Origin: Octopus sinensis
Lineage: Eukaryota
DNA: 64,000 bases
Direction: 5' to 3'
Assembly: GCF_006345805.1 (NCBI RefSeq)
Contig: NC_043004.1
Location: 101,928,001 to 101,992,000 of the forward strand
Under the pieces are notes generated by a model. That model was given only the letters and a program-made list of their open reading frames with translations. It ran no database searches and was not told the origin of the DNA. Shown here in pieces: positions 50,713 through 64,000 of the stretch; the first letter of the stretch is position 1; each line of letters begins with the position of its first letter. The position numbers and the translations under genes are program-made.

Positions 50713-51362
50713 AATACACAGGCGCAGACATAGCAGTGTAGTTAAGAAGTTCGCTTTGTAACCACATAGTTTTGGGTTCAATCCCATTAAATGACACCTT
50801 AGACAAATTTCATCTAGAATACCCCAGCTGTGTTTGCGTTTGTCCTTCACCCTTACTTCTTGACAACAAAATTTGGGTTTGATTATGTCCCCGCAATTTA
50901 GCGGCTCGGCAAAGAAGAACGATAGGAAAAGTAGCAGACTTTAAAAGTACTGGGGTTAGTTTGTCCGACTATACCCGCTAAAGTGGTGTCCCAGAATGGC
51001 TGCAATTCACTCAGTGAAACACGTGAAAATTATAAAGTAAATATCCTCGACTTATCTAAAATGGCAGACAAAATTATTTATTGTATTTGGCTCAGCATTT
51101 TTGAGGAAAAACTTCACCTGCTCTGATAGCATTTAAAACCAAGTATTGAAATAAATATTTATGTATAGATTTCGTTTGTCCATAAATAATTTGAAATAAA
51201 TTTCTCTCATAAAAATATATTTTGTACTAAATTTCTATGTACGCATTCTGATTTGATTTATAACTATAACTCATGCTTTCCCCCACCCCCATTATACGTT
51301 TAAATGAGTAAGTGTGTTTTGAAACCCAAAAAAGAAGTAAAAATAAGAAATAATGTATTTAT

Positions 51363-52307
51363 ATACGAGAGGGTATCCAAAAGTAACTGAAAACGTTCTC
51401 TGTGGGAAAATCCGGTTGCAGTTCATGCTTCCACCGCTAGAAGCCACTTGATGCGACCCTTAGGCATCAGTCTCTCAACTGGTGTCATCGAGTGAAATCC
51501 TACTGCTATGTGGTATGTTTTTGTTTTGCAGTGCTTCTCCCCTGTTCATCGATTTTTGCTACGGCTGAAACGAAGGGACAGCGCGCTTCCGTGAAATTCT
51601 GTTTCCTTCTGGGCAAAACGGGCGGCCGAAACAGTTGTCATGCTTTAAACAGCTTACAGAGACGCTGCCATGAGCAAAACACAAGTTTACGAGTGGTTTT
51701 CACGCTTTAGGAATGGTCACTTATCGCTTGAAGACCAACCTCGTTCAGGGCGACCGTCGAACTCCCGAACAAATGAAAACATCACCTTCATGAACTGATC
51801 TTGGAGGATTGTCACTGAACAATTGACGAACTTATTGATATGACTAATGTGTCCTGCAGCGCCTGCCAACGAATTTTGAGCGAGGAATTGCGAATGAAAA
51901 GAGTTGCAGCAAAATTTGTGCCTCACTTGTTCACGGAAGATCAAATGCAGCCATGACTGAATGCGTGTAAAGAACTGAAAGAACAGTTGATAGTTGATCT
52001 GAACTTTTTTTTTTTTAAGCTCATTACTGGTGATTGAAGCTGCTGCTACAGCTAAGACCCGGAAACGAAGCAGCAATCAGGTCAATGGAAATATTCAATG
52101 TCAACACGTACCCAAAAAGTACATCAAGTGAAGTCCATTAAGACGATGCTGATTTGTTTCATCGATGCGAAAGGAATTGTCAAACAGTTAACCAGGCATT
52201 TTACTTGGCAGTTCTGAAGCGTTTGCAAGACACGGCGAGGAGTAAATTCCCCGACCAGTGGCAAAGTGGAGAGTAGTGGTTTCATTACGACAATGCACCT
52301 TCGCACA
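51363..52307 (+). mobile_element. Pseudogenised mariner (5' TIR to HYDNAPSH) in each array unit
   Basis: TA-flanked tacgagagggtatccaaaagt start; QRASVKFCFLLGK, QVYEWFSRFRNG, EDQPRSGRP, MKRVAAKFVP, ITGD*, DNAPSH. Truncated at the unit junction. Confidence 0.92.
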
Positions 52308-55300
52308 GGAGGCGCAATGGCCCAGTGGTTAGGGCAGCGGACTCGCGGTCATAGGATCGCGGTTTCGATTCCCAGACCGGGCGTTCTGAGTGTTTATTGA
52401 GCGAAAACACCTAAAAGCTCCACGAGGCTCCGGCAGGGATGGTGGTGATCCCTGCTGTACTCTTTCACCACAACTTTCTCTCACTCTTACTTGCTGTTTC
52501 TGTTGTACCAGTATTTCAAAAGGCCGGCCTTGTCACTCTCTGTGTCACGCTGAATATCCCCGAGAACTACGTTAAGGGTACACGTGTCTGTGGAGTGCTC
52601 AGCCACTTACACGTTAATTTCCCGAGCAGGCTGTTCCGTTGATTCGGATCAACCGGAACCCTCGTCGTCGTAACCGACGGAGTGCTTCCATCCAATACAC
52701 AGGCGCAGACATAGCAGTGTAGTTAAGAAGTTCGCTTTGTAACCACATAGTTTTGGGTTCAATCCCATTAAATGACACCTTAGACAAATTTCATCTAGAA
52801 TACCCCAGCTGTGTTTGCGTTTGTCCTTCACCCTTACTTCTTGACAACAAAATTTGGGTTTGATTATGTCCCCGCAATTTAGCGGCTCGGCAAAGAAGAA
52901 CGATAGGAAAAGTAGCAGACTTTAAAAGTACTGGGGTTAGTTTGTCCGACTATACCCGCTAAAGTGGTGTCCCAGAATGGCTGCAATTCACTCAGTGAAA
53001 CACGTGAAAATTATAAAGTAAATATCCTCGACTTATCTAAAATGGCAGACAAAATTATTTATTGTATTTGGCTCAGCATTTTTGAGGAAAAACTTCACCT
53101 GCTCTGATAGCATTTAAAACCAAGTATTGAAATAAATATTTATGTATAGATTTCGTTTGTCCATAAATAATTTGAAATAAATTTCTCTCATAAAAATATA
53201 TTTTGTACTAAATTTCTATGTACGCATTCTGATTTGATTTATAACTATAACTCATGCTTTCCCCCACCCCCATTATACGTTTAAATGAGTAAGTGTGTTT
53301 TGAAACCCAAAAAAGAAGTAAAAATAAGAAATAATGTATTTATATACGAGAGGGTATCCAAAAGTAACTGAAAACGTTCTCTGTGGGAAAATCCGGTTGC
53401 AGTTCATGCTTCCACCGCTAGAAGCCACTTGATGCGACCCTTAGGCATCAGTCTCTCAACTGGTGTCATCGAGTGAAATCCTACTGCTATGTGGTATGTT
53501 TTTGTTTTGCAGTGCTTCTCCCCTGTTCATCGATTTTTGCTACGGCTGAAACGAAGGGACAGCGCGCTTCCGTGAAATTCTGTTTCCTTCTGGGCAAAAC
53601 GGGCGGCCGAAACAGTTGTCATGCTTTAAACAGCTTACAGAGACGCTGCCATGAGCAAAACACAAGTTTACGAGTGGTTTTCACGCTTTAGGAATGGTCA
53701 CTTATCGCTTGAAGACCAACCTCGTTCAGGGCGACCGTCGAACTCCCGAACAAATGAAAACATCACCTTCATGAACTGATCTTGGAGGATTGTCACTGAA
53801 CAATTGACGAACTTATTGATATGACTAATGTGTCCTGCAGCGCCTGCCAACGAATTTTGAGCGAGGAATTGCGAATGAAAAGAGTTGCAGCAAAATTTGT
53901 GCCTCACTTGTTCACGGAAGATCAAATGCAGCCATGACTGAATGCGTGTAAAGAACTGAAAGAACAGTTGATAGTTGATCTGAACTTTTTTTTTTTTGAA
54001 GCTCATTACTGGTGATTGAAGCTGCTGCTACAGCTAAGACCCGGAAACGAAGCAGCAATCAGGTCAATGGAAATATTCAATGTCAACACGTACCCAAAAA
54101 GTACATCAAGTGAAGTCCATTAAGACGATGCTGATTTGTTTCATCGATGCGAAAGGAATTGTCAAACAGTTAACCAGGCATTTTACTTGGCAGTTCTGAA
54201 GCGTTTGCAAGACACGGCGAGGAGTAAATTCCCCGACCAGTGGCAAAGTGGAGAGTAGTGGTTTCATTACGACAATGCACCTTCGCACAGGAGGCGCAAT
54301 GGCCCAGTGGTTAGGGCAGCGGACTCGCGGTCATAGGATCGCGGTTTCGATTCCCAGACCGGGCGTTCTGAGTGTTTATTGAGCGAAAACACCTAAAAGC
54401 TCCACGAGGCTCCGGCAGGGATGGTGGTGATCCCTGCTGTACTCTTTCACCACAACTTTCTCTCACTCTTACTTGCTGTTTCTGTTGTACCAGTATTTCA
54501 AAAGGCCGGCCTTGTCACTCTCTGTGTCACGCTGAATATCCCCGAGAACTACGTTAAGGGTACACGTGTCTGTGGAGTGCTCAGCCACTTACACGTTAAT
54601 TTCCCGAGCAGGCTGTTCCGTTGATTCGGATCAACCGGAACCCTCGTCGTCGTAACCGACGGAGTGCTTCCATCCAATACACAGGCGCAGACATAGCAGT
54701 GTAGTTAAGAAGTTCGCTTTGTAACCACATAGTTTTGGGTTCAATCCCATTAAATGACACCTTAGACAAATTTCATCTAGAATACCCCAGCTGTGTTTGC
54801 GTTTGTCCTTCACCCTTACTTCTTGACAACAAAATTTGGGTTTGATTATGTCCCCGCAATTTAGCGGCTCGGCAAAGAAGAACGATAGGAAAAGTAGCAG
54901 ACTTTAAAAGTACTGGGGTTAGTTTGTCCGACTATACCCGCTAAAGTGGTGTCCCAGAATGGCTGCAATTCACTCAGTGAAACACGTGAAAATTATAAAG
55001 TAAATATCCTCGACTTATCTAAAATGGCAGACAAAATTATTTATTGTATTTGGCTCAGCATTTTTGAGGAAAAACTTCACCTGCTCTGATAGCATTTAAA
55101 ACCAAGTATTGAAATAAATATTTATGTATAGATTTCGTTTGTCCATAAATAATTTGAAATAAATTTCTCTCATAAAAATATATTTTGTACTAAATTTCTA
55201 TGTACGCATTCTGATTTGATTTATAACTATAACTCATGCTTTCCCCCACCCCCATTATACGTTTAAATGAGTAAGTGTGTTTTGAAACCCAAAAAAGAAG

Positions 55301-58300
55301 TAAAAATAAGAAATAATGTATTTATATACGAGAGGGTATCCAAAAGTAACTGAAAACGTTCTCTGTGGGAAAATCCGGTTGCAGTTCATGCTTCCACCGC
55401 TAGAAGCCACTTGATGCGACCCTTAGGCATCAGTCTCTCAACTGGTGTCATCGAGTGAAATCCTACTGCTATGTGGTATGTTTTTGTTTTGCAGTGCTTC
55501 TCCCCTGTTCATCGATTTTTGCTACGGCTGAAACGAAGGGACAGCGCGCTTCCGTGAAATTCTGTTTCCTTCTGGGCAAAACGGGCGGCCGAAACAGTTG
55601 TCATGCTTTAAACAGCTTACAGAGACGCTGCCATGAGCAAAACACAAGTTTACGAGTGGTTTTCACGCTTTAGGAATGGTCACTTATCGCTTGAAGACCA
55701 ACCTCGTTCAGGGCGACCGTCGAACTCCCGAACAAATGAAAACATCACCTTCATGAACTGATCTTGGAGGATTGTCACTGAACAATTGACGAACTTATTG
55801 ATATGACTAATGTGTCCTGCAGCGCCTGCCAACGAATTTTGAGCGAGGAATTGCGAATGAAAAGAGTTGCAGCAAAATTTGTGCCTCACTTGTTCACGGA
55901 AGATCAAATGCAGCCATGACTGAATGCGTGTAAAGAACTGAAAGAACAGTTGATAGTTGATCTGAACTTTTTTTTTTTTGAAGCTCATTACTGGTGATTG
56001 AAGCTGCTGCTACAGCTAAGACCCGGAAACGAAGCAGCAATCAGGTCAATGGAAATATTCAATGTCAACACGTACCCAAAAAGTACATCAAGTGAAGTCC
56101 ATTAAGACGATGCTGATTTGTTTCATCGATGCGAAAGGAATTGTCAAACAGTTAACCAGGCATTTTACTTGGCAGTTCTGAAGCGTTTGCAAGACACGGC
56201 GAGGAGTAAATTCCCCGACCAGTGGCAAAGTGGAGAGTAGTGGTTTCATTACGACAATGCACCTTCGCACAGGAGGCGCAATGGCCCAGTGGTTAGGGCA
56301 GCGGACTCGCGGTCATAGGATCGCGGTTTCGATTCCCAGACCGGGCGTTCTGAGTGTTTATTGAGCGAAAACACCTAAAAGCTCCACGAGGCTCCGGCAG
56401 GGATGGTGGTGATCCCTGCTGTACTCTTTCACCACAACTTTCTCTCACTCTTACTTGCTGTTTCTGTTGTACCAGTATTTCAAAAGGCCGGCCTTGTCAC
56501 TCTCTGTGTCACGCTGAATATCCCCGAGAACTACGTTAAGGGTACACGTGTCTGTGGAGTGCTCAGCCACTTACACGTTAATTTCCCGAGCAGGCTGTTC
56601 CGTTGATTCGGATCAACCGGAACCCTCGTCGTCGTAACCGACGGAGTGCTTCCATCCAATACACAGGCGCAGACATAGCAGTGTAGTTAAGAAGTTCGCT
56701 TTGTAACCACATAGTTTTGGTTCAATCCCATTAAATGACACCTTAGACAAATTTCATCTAGAATACCCCAGCTGTGTTTGCGTTTGTCCTTCACCCTTAC
56801 TTCTTGACAACAAAATTTGGGTTTGATTATGTCCCCGCAATTTAGCGGCTCGGCAAAGAAGAACGATAGGAAAAGTAGCAGACTTTAAAAGTACTGGGGT
56901 TAGTTTGTCCGACTATACCCGCTAAAGTGGTGTCCCAGAATGGCTGCAATTCACTCAGTGAAACACGTGAAAATTATAAAGTAAATATCCTCGACTTATC
57001 TAAAATGGCAGACAAAATTATTTATTGTATTTGGCTCAGCATTTTTGAGGAAAAACTTCACCTGCTCTGATAGCATTTAAAACCAAGTATTGAAATAAAT
57101 ATTTATGTATAGATTTCGTTTGTCCATAAATTTTGAAATAAATTTCTCTCATAAAAAATATTTTGTACTAAATTTCTATGTACGCATTCTGATTTGATTT
57201 ATAACTATAACTCATGCTTTCCCCCCCCACCCCCATTATACGTTTAAATGAGTAAGTGTGTTTTGAAACCCAAAAAAGAAGTAAAAATAAGAAATAATGT
57301 ATTTATATACGAGAGGGTATCCAAAAGTAACTGAAAACGTTCTCTGTGGGAAAATCCGGTTGCAGTTCATGCTTCCACCGCTAGAAGCCACTTGATGCGA
57401 CCCTTAGGCATCAGTCTCTCAACTGGTGTCATCGAGTGAAATCCTACTGCTATGTGGTATGTTTTTGTTTTGCAGTGCTTCTCCCCTGTTCATCGATTTT
57501 TGCTACGGCTGAAACGAAGGGACAGCGCGCTTCCGTGAAATTCTGTTTCCTTCTGGGCAAAACGGGCGGCCGAAACAGTTGTCATGCTTTAAACAGCTTA
57601 CAGAGACGCTGCCATGAGCAAAACACAAGTTTACGAGTGGTTTTCACGCTTTAGGAATGGTCACTTATCGCTTGAAGACCAACCTCGTTCAGGGCGACCG
57701 TCGAACTCCCGAACAAATGAAAACATCACCTTCATGAACTGATCTTGGAGGATTGTCACTGAACAATTGACGAACTTATTGATATGACTAATGTCCCTGC
57801 AGCGCCTGCCAACGAATTTTGAGCGAGGAATTGCGAATGAAAAGAGTTGCAGCAAAATTTGTGCCTCACTTGTTCACGGAAGATCAAATGCAGCCATGAC
57901 TGAATGCGTGTAAAGAACTGAAGAACAGTTGATAGTTGATCTGAACTTTTTTTTTTTTGAAGCTCATTACTGGTGATTGAAGCTGCTGCTACAGCTAAGA
58001 CCCGGAAACGAAGCAGCAATCAGGTCAATGGAAATATTCAATGTCAACACGTACCCAAAAAGTACAATCAAGTGAAGTCCATTAAGACGATGCTGATTTG
58101 TTTCATCGATGCGAAAGGAATTGTCAAACAGTTAACCAGGCATTTTACTTGGCAGTTCTGAAGCGTTTGCAAGACACGGCGAGGAGTAAATTCCCCGACC
58201 AGTGGCAAAGTGGAGAGTAGTGGTTTCATTACGACAATGCACCTTCGCACAGGAGGCGCAATGGCCCAGTGGTTAGGGCAGCGGACTCGCGGTCATAGGA

Positions 58301-61300
58301 TCGCGGTTTCGATTCCCAGACCGGGCGTTCTGAGTGTTTATTGAGCGAAAACACCTAAAAGCTCCACGAGGCTCCGGCAGGGATGGTGGTGATCCCTGCT
58401 GTACTCTTTCACACACAACTTTCTCTCACTCTTACTTGCTGTTTCTGTTGTACCAGTATTTCAAAAGGCCGGCCTTGTCACTCTCTGTGTCACGCTGAAT
58501 ATCCCCGAGAACTACGTTAAGGGTACACGTGTCTGTGGAGTGCTCAGCCACTTACACGTTAATTTCCCGAGCAGGCTGTTCCGTTGATTCGGATCAACCG
58601 GAACCCTCGTCGTCGTAACCGACGGAGTGCTTCCATCCAATTCACAACCTCGCGATCATAAGCTCGACGCACTAACCACTGAGCCATGCGCCTTCACTGA
58701 GCCATGTGATCAACTGATTATTAATTGAAGAAATAGAAAAAATTATAATGAATTTTTTTATTTTTTATTTTAATGAACTGTTTGAATAAGCCAGCGCTGG
58801 CAGAATCGTGTGCATGCCGGACAAAATGCAAAGCAGTATTTCGTCCATATTTAGTTCTTAATTCAAATTCCGCTGAGGTCGCCTTTACCTTTCATCCTTT
58901 CGGAGTAAATAAGTACCAATCAAACACTGGTATCGATGTATTCGACTCACCCTTCCCTAAATTTACTAACCTTGTGCCAAAAATTTGAAGCCAATATCTT
59001 GTTATAATAAATATCAGACGCTATCAAAGTAGAAAGTCCCTGCACACGTAAGAATGCCTTCGGTAATTCACGAAGTTATACAAAGCAATTTTCAAGGGTG
59101 AACAATTGGGTCAGCAACTAAACTTAAGATCTTTTCAAATAATGTTACTATGCTTACAAACACTGTAAGATATGTTCTAATTGTTTATTTCCACGCATTC
59201 ATTCACTTGTTATATAATACACAGGCGTGGAGGCGCAATGGCCCAGTGGTTAGGGCAGCGGACTCGCGGTCATAGGATCGCGGTTTCGATTCCCAGACCG
59301 AGCGTTCTGAGTGTTTATTGAGCGAAAACACCTAAAAGCTCCACGAGGGTCCGGCAGGGATGGTGGTGATCCCTGCTGTACTCTTTCACCACAACTTTCT
59401 CTCACTCTTACTTCCTGTTTCTGTTGTACCTGTATTTCAAAAGGCCGGCCTTGTCACTCTCTGTGTCACGCTGAATATCCCGATAACTACGTTAAGGGTA
59501 CACGTGTCTGTGGAGTGCTCAGCCACTTACACGTTAATTTCCCGAGCAGGCTGTTCCGTTGATTCGGATCAACCGGAACCCTCGTCGTCGTAACGCGCGA
59601 CGGAGTGCTTCCATCCAATACACAGCGCAGACATAGCAGTGTAGTTAAGAAGTTCGCTTTGTAACCACATAGTTTTGGGTTCAATCCCATTAAATGACAC
59701 CTTAGACAAATTTCATCTAGAATACCCCAGCTGTGTTTGCGTTTGTCCTTCACCCTTACTTCTTGACAACAAAATTGGGTTTGATTATGTCCCCGCAATT
59801 TAGCGGCTCGGCAAAGAAGAACGATAGGAAAAGTAGCAGACTTTAGAAGTACTGGGGTTAGTTTGTCCGACTATACCCGCTAAAGTGGTTCCCAGAATGG
59901 CTGCAATTCACTCAGTGAAACACGTGAAAATTATAAAGTAAATATCCTCGACTTATCTAAAATGGCAGACAAAATTATTTATTGTATCTGGCTCAGCATT
60001 TTGAGGAAAAACTTCACCTGCTCTGATAGCATTTAAAACCAAGTATTGAAATAAATATTTATGTATAGATTTCGTTTGTCCATAAATAATTTGAAATAAA
60101 TTCTCTCATAAAAATTATTTTGTACTAAATTTCTATGTACGCATTCTGATTTGATTTATAACTATAACTCATGCTTTCCCCCACCCCCATTATACGTTTA
60201 AATGAGTAAGTGTGTTTTGAAACCCAAAAAAGAAGTAAAAATAAGAAATATGTATTTATATACGAGAGGGTATCCAAAAGTAACTGAAAACGTTCTCTGT
60301 GGGAAAATCCGGTTGCAGTTCATGCTTCCACCGCTAGAAGCCACTTGATGCGACCCTTAGGCATCAGTCTCTCAACTGGTGTCATCGAGTGAAATCCTAC
60401 TGCTATGTGGTATGTTTTTGTTTTGCAGTGCTTCTCCCCTGTTCATCGATTTTTGCTACGGCTGAAACGAAGGGACAGCGCGCTTCCGTGAAATTCTGTT
60501 TCCTTCTGGGCAAAACGGGCGGCCGAAACAGTTGTCATGCTTTAAACAGCTTACAGAGACGCTGCCATGAGCAAAACACAAGTTTACGAGTGGTTTTCAC
60601 GCTTTAGGAATGGTCACTTATCGCTTGAAGACCAACCTCGTTCAGGGCGACCGTCGAACTCCCGAACAAATGAAAACATCACCTTCATGAACTGATCTTG
60701 GAGGATTGTCACTGAACAATTGACGAACTTATTGATATGACTAATGTGTCCTGCAGCGCCTGCCAACGAATTTTGAGCGAGGAATTGCGAATGAAAAGAG
60801 TTGCAGCAAAATTTGTGCCTCACTTGTTCACGGAAGATCAAATGCAGCCATGACTGAATGCGTGTAAAGAACTGAAAGAACAGTTGATAGTTGATCTGAA
60901 CTTTTTTTTTTAAAGCTCATTACTGGTGATTGAAGCTGCTGCTACAGCTAAGACCCGGAAACGAAGCAGCAATCAGGTCAATGGAAATATTCAATGTCAA
61001 CACGTACCCAAAAAGTACATCAAGTGAAGTCCATTAAGACGATGCTGATTTGTTTCATCGATGCGAAAGGAATTGTCAAACAGTTAACCAGGCATTTTAC
61101 TTGGCAGTTCTGAAGCGTTTGCAAGACACGGCGAGGAGTAAATTCCCCGACCAGTGGCAAAGTGGAGAGTAGTGGTTTCATTACGACAATGCACCTTCGC
61201 ACAGGAGGCGCAATGGCCCAGTGGTTAGGGCAGCGGACTCGCGGTCATAGGATCGCGGTTTCGATTCCCAGACCGGGCGTTCTGAGTGTTTATTGAGCGA

Positions 61301-64000
61301 AAACACCTAAAAGCTCCACGAGGCTCCGGCAGGGATGGTGGTGATCCCTGCTGTACTCTTTCACCACAACTTTCTCTCACTCTTACTTGCTGTTTCTGTT
61401 GTACCAGTATTTCAAAAGGCCGGCCTTGTCACTCTCTGTGTCACGCTGAATATCCCCGAGAACTACGTTAAGGGTACACGTGTCTGTGGAGTGCTCAGCC
61501 ACTTACACGTTAATTTCCCGAGCAGGCTGTTCCGTTGATTCGGATCAACCGGAACCCTCGTCGTCGTAACCGACGGAGTGCTTCCATCCAATACACAGGC
61601 GCAGACATAGCAGTGTAGTTAAGAAGTTCGCTTTGTAACCACATAGTTTTGGGTTCAATCCCATTAAATGACACCTTAGACAAATTTCATCTAGAATACC
61701 CCAGCTGTGTTTGCGTTTGTCCTTCACCCTTACTTCTTGACAACAAAATTTGGGTTTGATTATGTCCCCGCAATTTAGCGGCTCGGCAAAGAAGAACGAT
61801 AGGAAAAGTAGCAGACTTTAAAAGTACTGGGGTTAGTTTGTCCGACTATACCCGCTAAAGTGGTGTCCCAGAATGGCTGCAATTCACTCAGTGAAACACG
61901 TGAAAATTATAAAGTAAATATCCTCGACTTATCTAAAATGGCAGACAAAATTATTTATTGTATTTGGCTCAGCATTTTTGAGGAAAAACTTCACCTGCTC
62001 TGATAGCATTTAAAACCAAGTATTGAAATAAATATTTATGTATAGATTTCGTTTGTCCATAAATAATTTGAAATAAATTTCTCTCATAAAAATATATTTT
62101 GTACTAAATTTCTATGTACGCATTCTGATTTGATTTATAACTATAACTCATGCTTTCCCCCACCCCCATTATACGTTTAAATGAGTAAGTGTGTTTTGAA
62201 ACCCAAAAAAGAAGTAAAAATAAGAAATAATGTATTTATATACGAGAGGGTATCCAAAAGTAACTGAAAACGTTCTCTGTGGGAAAATCCGGTTGCAGTT
62301 CATGCTTCCACCGCTAGAAGCCACTTGATGCGACCCTTAGGCATCAGTCTCTCAACTGGTGTCATCGAGTGAAATCCTACTGCTATGTGGTATGTTTTTG
62401 TTTTGCAGTGCTTCTCCCCTGTTCATCGATTTTTGCTACGGCTGAAACGAAGGGACAGCGCGCTTCCGTGAAATTCTGTTTCCTTCTGGGCAAAACGGGC
62501 GGCCGAAACAGTTGTCATGCTTTAAACAGCTTACAGAGACGCTGCCATGAGCAAAACACAAGTTTACGAGTGGTTTTCACGCTTTAGGAATGGTCACTTA
62601 TCGCTTGAAGACCAACCTCGTTCAGGGCGACCGTCGAACTCCCGAACAAATGAAAACATCACCTTCATGAACTGATCTTGGAGGATTGTCACTGAACAAT
62701 TGACGAACTTATTGATATGACTAATGTGTCCTGCAGCGCCTGCCAACGAATTTTGAGCGAGGAATTGCGAATGAAAAGAGTTGCAGCAAAATTGTGTGCC
62801 TCACTTGTTCACGGAAGATCAAATGCAGCCATGACTGAATGCGTGTAAAGAACTGAAAGAACAGTTGATAGTTGATCTGAACTTTTTTTTTTTTGAAGCT
62901 CATTACTGGTGATTGAAGCTGCTGCTACAGCTAAGACCCGGAAACGAAGCAGCAATCAGGTCAATGGAAATATTCAATGTCAACACGTACCCAAAAAGTA
63001 CATCAAGTGAAGTCCATTAAGACGATGCTGATTTGTTTCATCGATGCGAAAGGAATTGTCAAACAGTTAACCAGGCATTTTACTTGGCAGTTCTGAAGCG
63101 TTTGCAAGACACGGCGAGGAGTAAATTCCCCGACCAGTGGCAAAGTGGAGAGTAGTGGTTTCATTACGACAATGCACCTTCGCACAGGAGGCGCAATGGC
63201 CCAGTGGTTAGGGCAGCGGACTCGCGGTCATAGGATCGCGGTTTCGATTCCCAGACCGGGCGTTCTGAGTGTTTATTGAGCGAAAACACCTAAAAGCTCC
63301 ACGAGGCTCCGGCAGGGATGGTGGTGATCCCTGCTGTACTCTTTCACCACAACTTTCTCTCACTCTTACTTGCTGTTTCTGTTGTACCAGTATTTCAAAA
63401 GGCCGGCCTTGTCACTCTCTGTGTCACGCTGAATATCCCCGAGAACTACGTTAAGGGTACACGTGTCTGTGGAGTGCTCAGCCACTTACACGTTAATTTC
63501 CCGAGCAGGCTGTTCCGTTGATTCGGATCAACCGGAACCCTCGTCGTCGTAACCGACGGAGTGCTTCCATCCAATACACAGGCGCAGACATAGCAGTGTA
63601 GTTAAGAAGTTCGCTTTGTAACCACATAGTTTTGGGTTCAATCCCATTAAATGACACCTTAGACAAATTTCATCTAGAATACCCCAGCTGTGTTTGCGTT
63701 TGTCCTTCACCCTTACTTCTTGACAACAAAATTTGGGTTTGATTATGTCCCCGCAATTTAGCGGCTCGGCAAAGAAGAACGATAGGAAAAGTAGCAGACT
63801 TTAAAAGTACTGGGGTTAGTTTGTCCGACTATACCCGCTAAAGTGGTGTCCCAGAATGGCTGCAATTCACTCAGTGAAACACGTGAAAATTATAAAGTAA
63901 ATATCCTCGACTTATCTAAAATGGCAGACAAAATTATTTATTGTATTTGGCTCAGCATTTTTGAGGAAAAACTTCACCTGCTCTGATAGCATTTAAAACC

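Larger units (their letters stand above)
49409..64000. repeat. Composite macrosatellite: S-U4-S'-U2-U(partial); U about 1.98 kb, higher-order period 8902 bp
   Basis: SINE-head anchors at 50327, 52308, 54290, 56272, 58252, 59229, 61204 and 63187. Spacer S (49409-50326) recurs at 58252-59228. The array runs off the window. Confidence 0.95.

Noticed and set aside
50327-64000. Array as CRISPR, tRNA cluster or multigene family (recurrent 60-100 aa ORFs)
   Set aside because: Units are ~2-kb near-identical TE composites without unique spacers. The tRNA-like heads lack an acceptor stem and continue into SINE bodies. The ORFs are off-frame TE readings.

Overview
AT-rich, microsatellite- and transposon-dense eukaryotic DNA. 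The SINE families resemble those I know from Octopus, so a cephalopod source is my inference. The ORF track is mostly spurious low-complexity ORFs and TE debris. Main contents: (1) A spliced minus-strand host gene for a copper type II ascorbate-dependent monooxygenase (MOXD1/DBH-like). I reconstructed 10 exons from 47421 down to 15468; they splice in phase into 383 aa with the copper ligands intact. The last three exons are less certain and the 5' DOMON exons were not found in the window. (2) A tandem array from about 49.4 kb to the window end, made of near-identical ~1.98-kb units (tRNA-SINE + CORE-SINE + spacer + dead mariner) with an 8.9-kb higher-order repeat. (3) Several minimal type I hammerhead ribozyme motifs associated with Penelope-like elements, including an inverted twin pair with canonical core residues inserted into a SINE inside a host intron. 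(4) RTE LINEs (one near full length with a PHD finger), R4/Dong fragments in (TAA)n arrays, two Penelope ORF remnants, a nested Gypsy remnant, mariner fragments and at least three SINE families.
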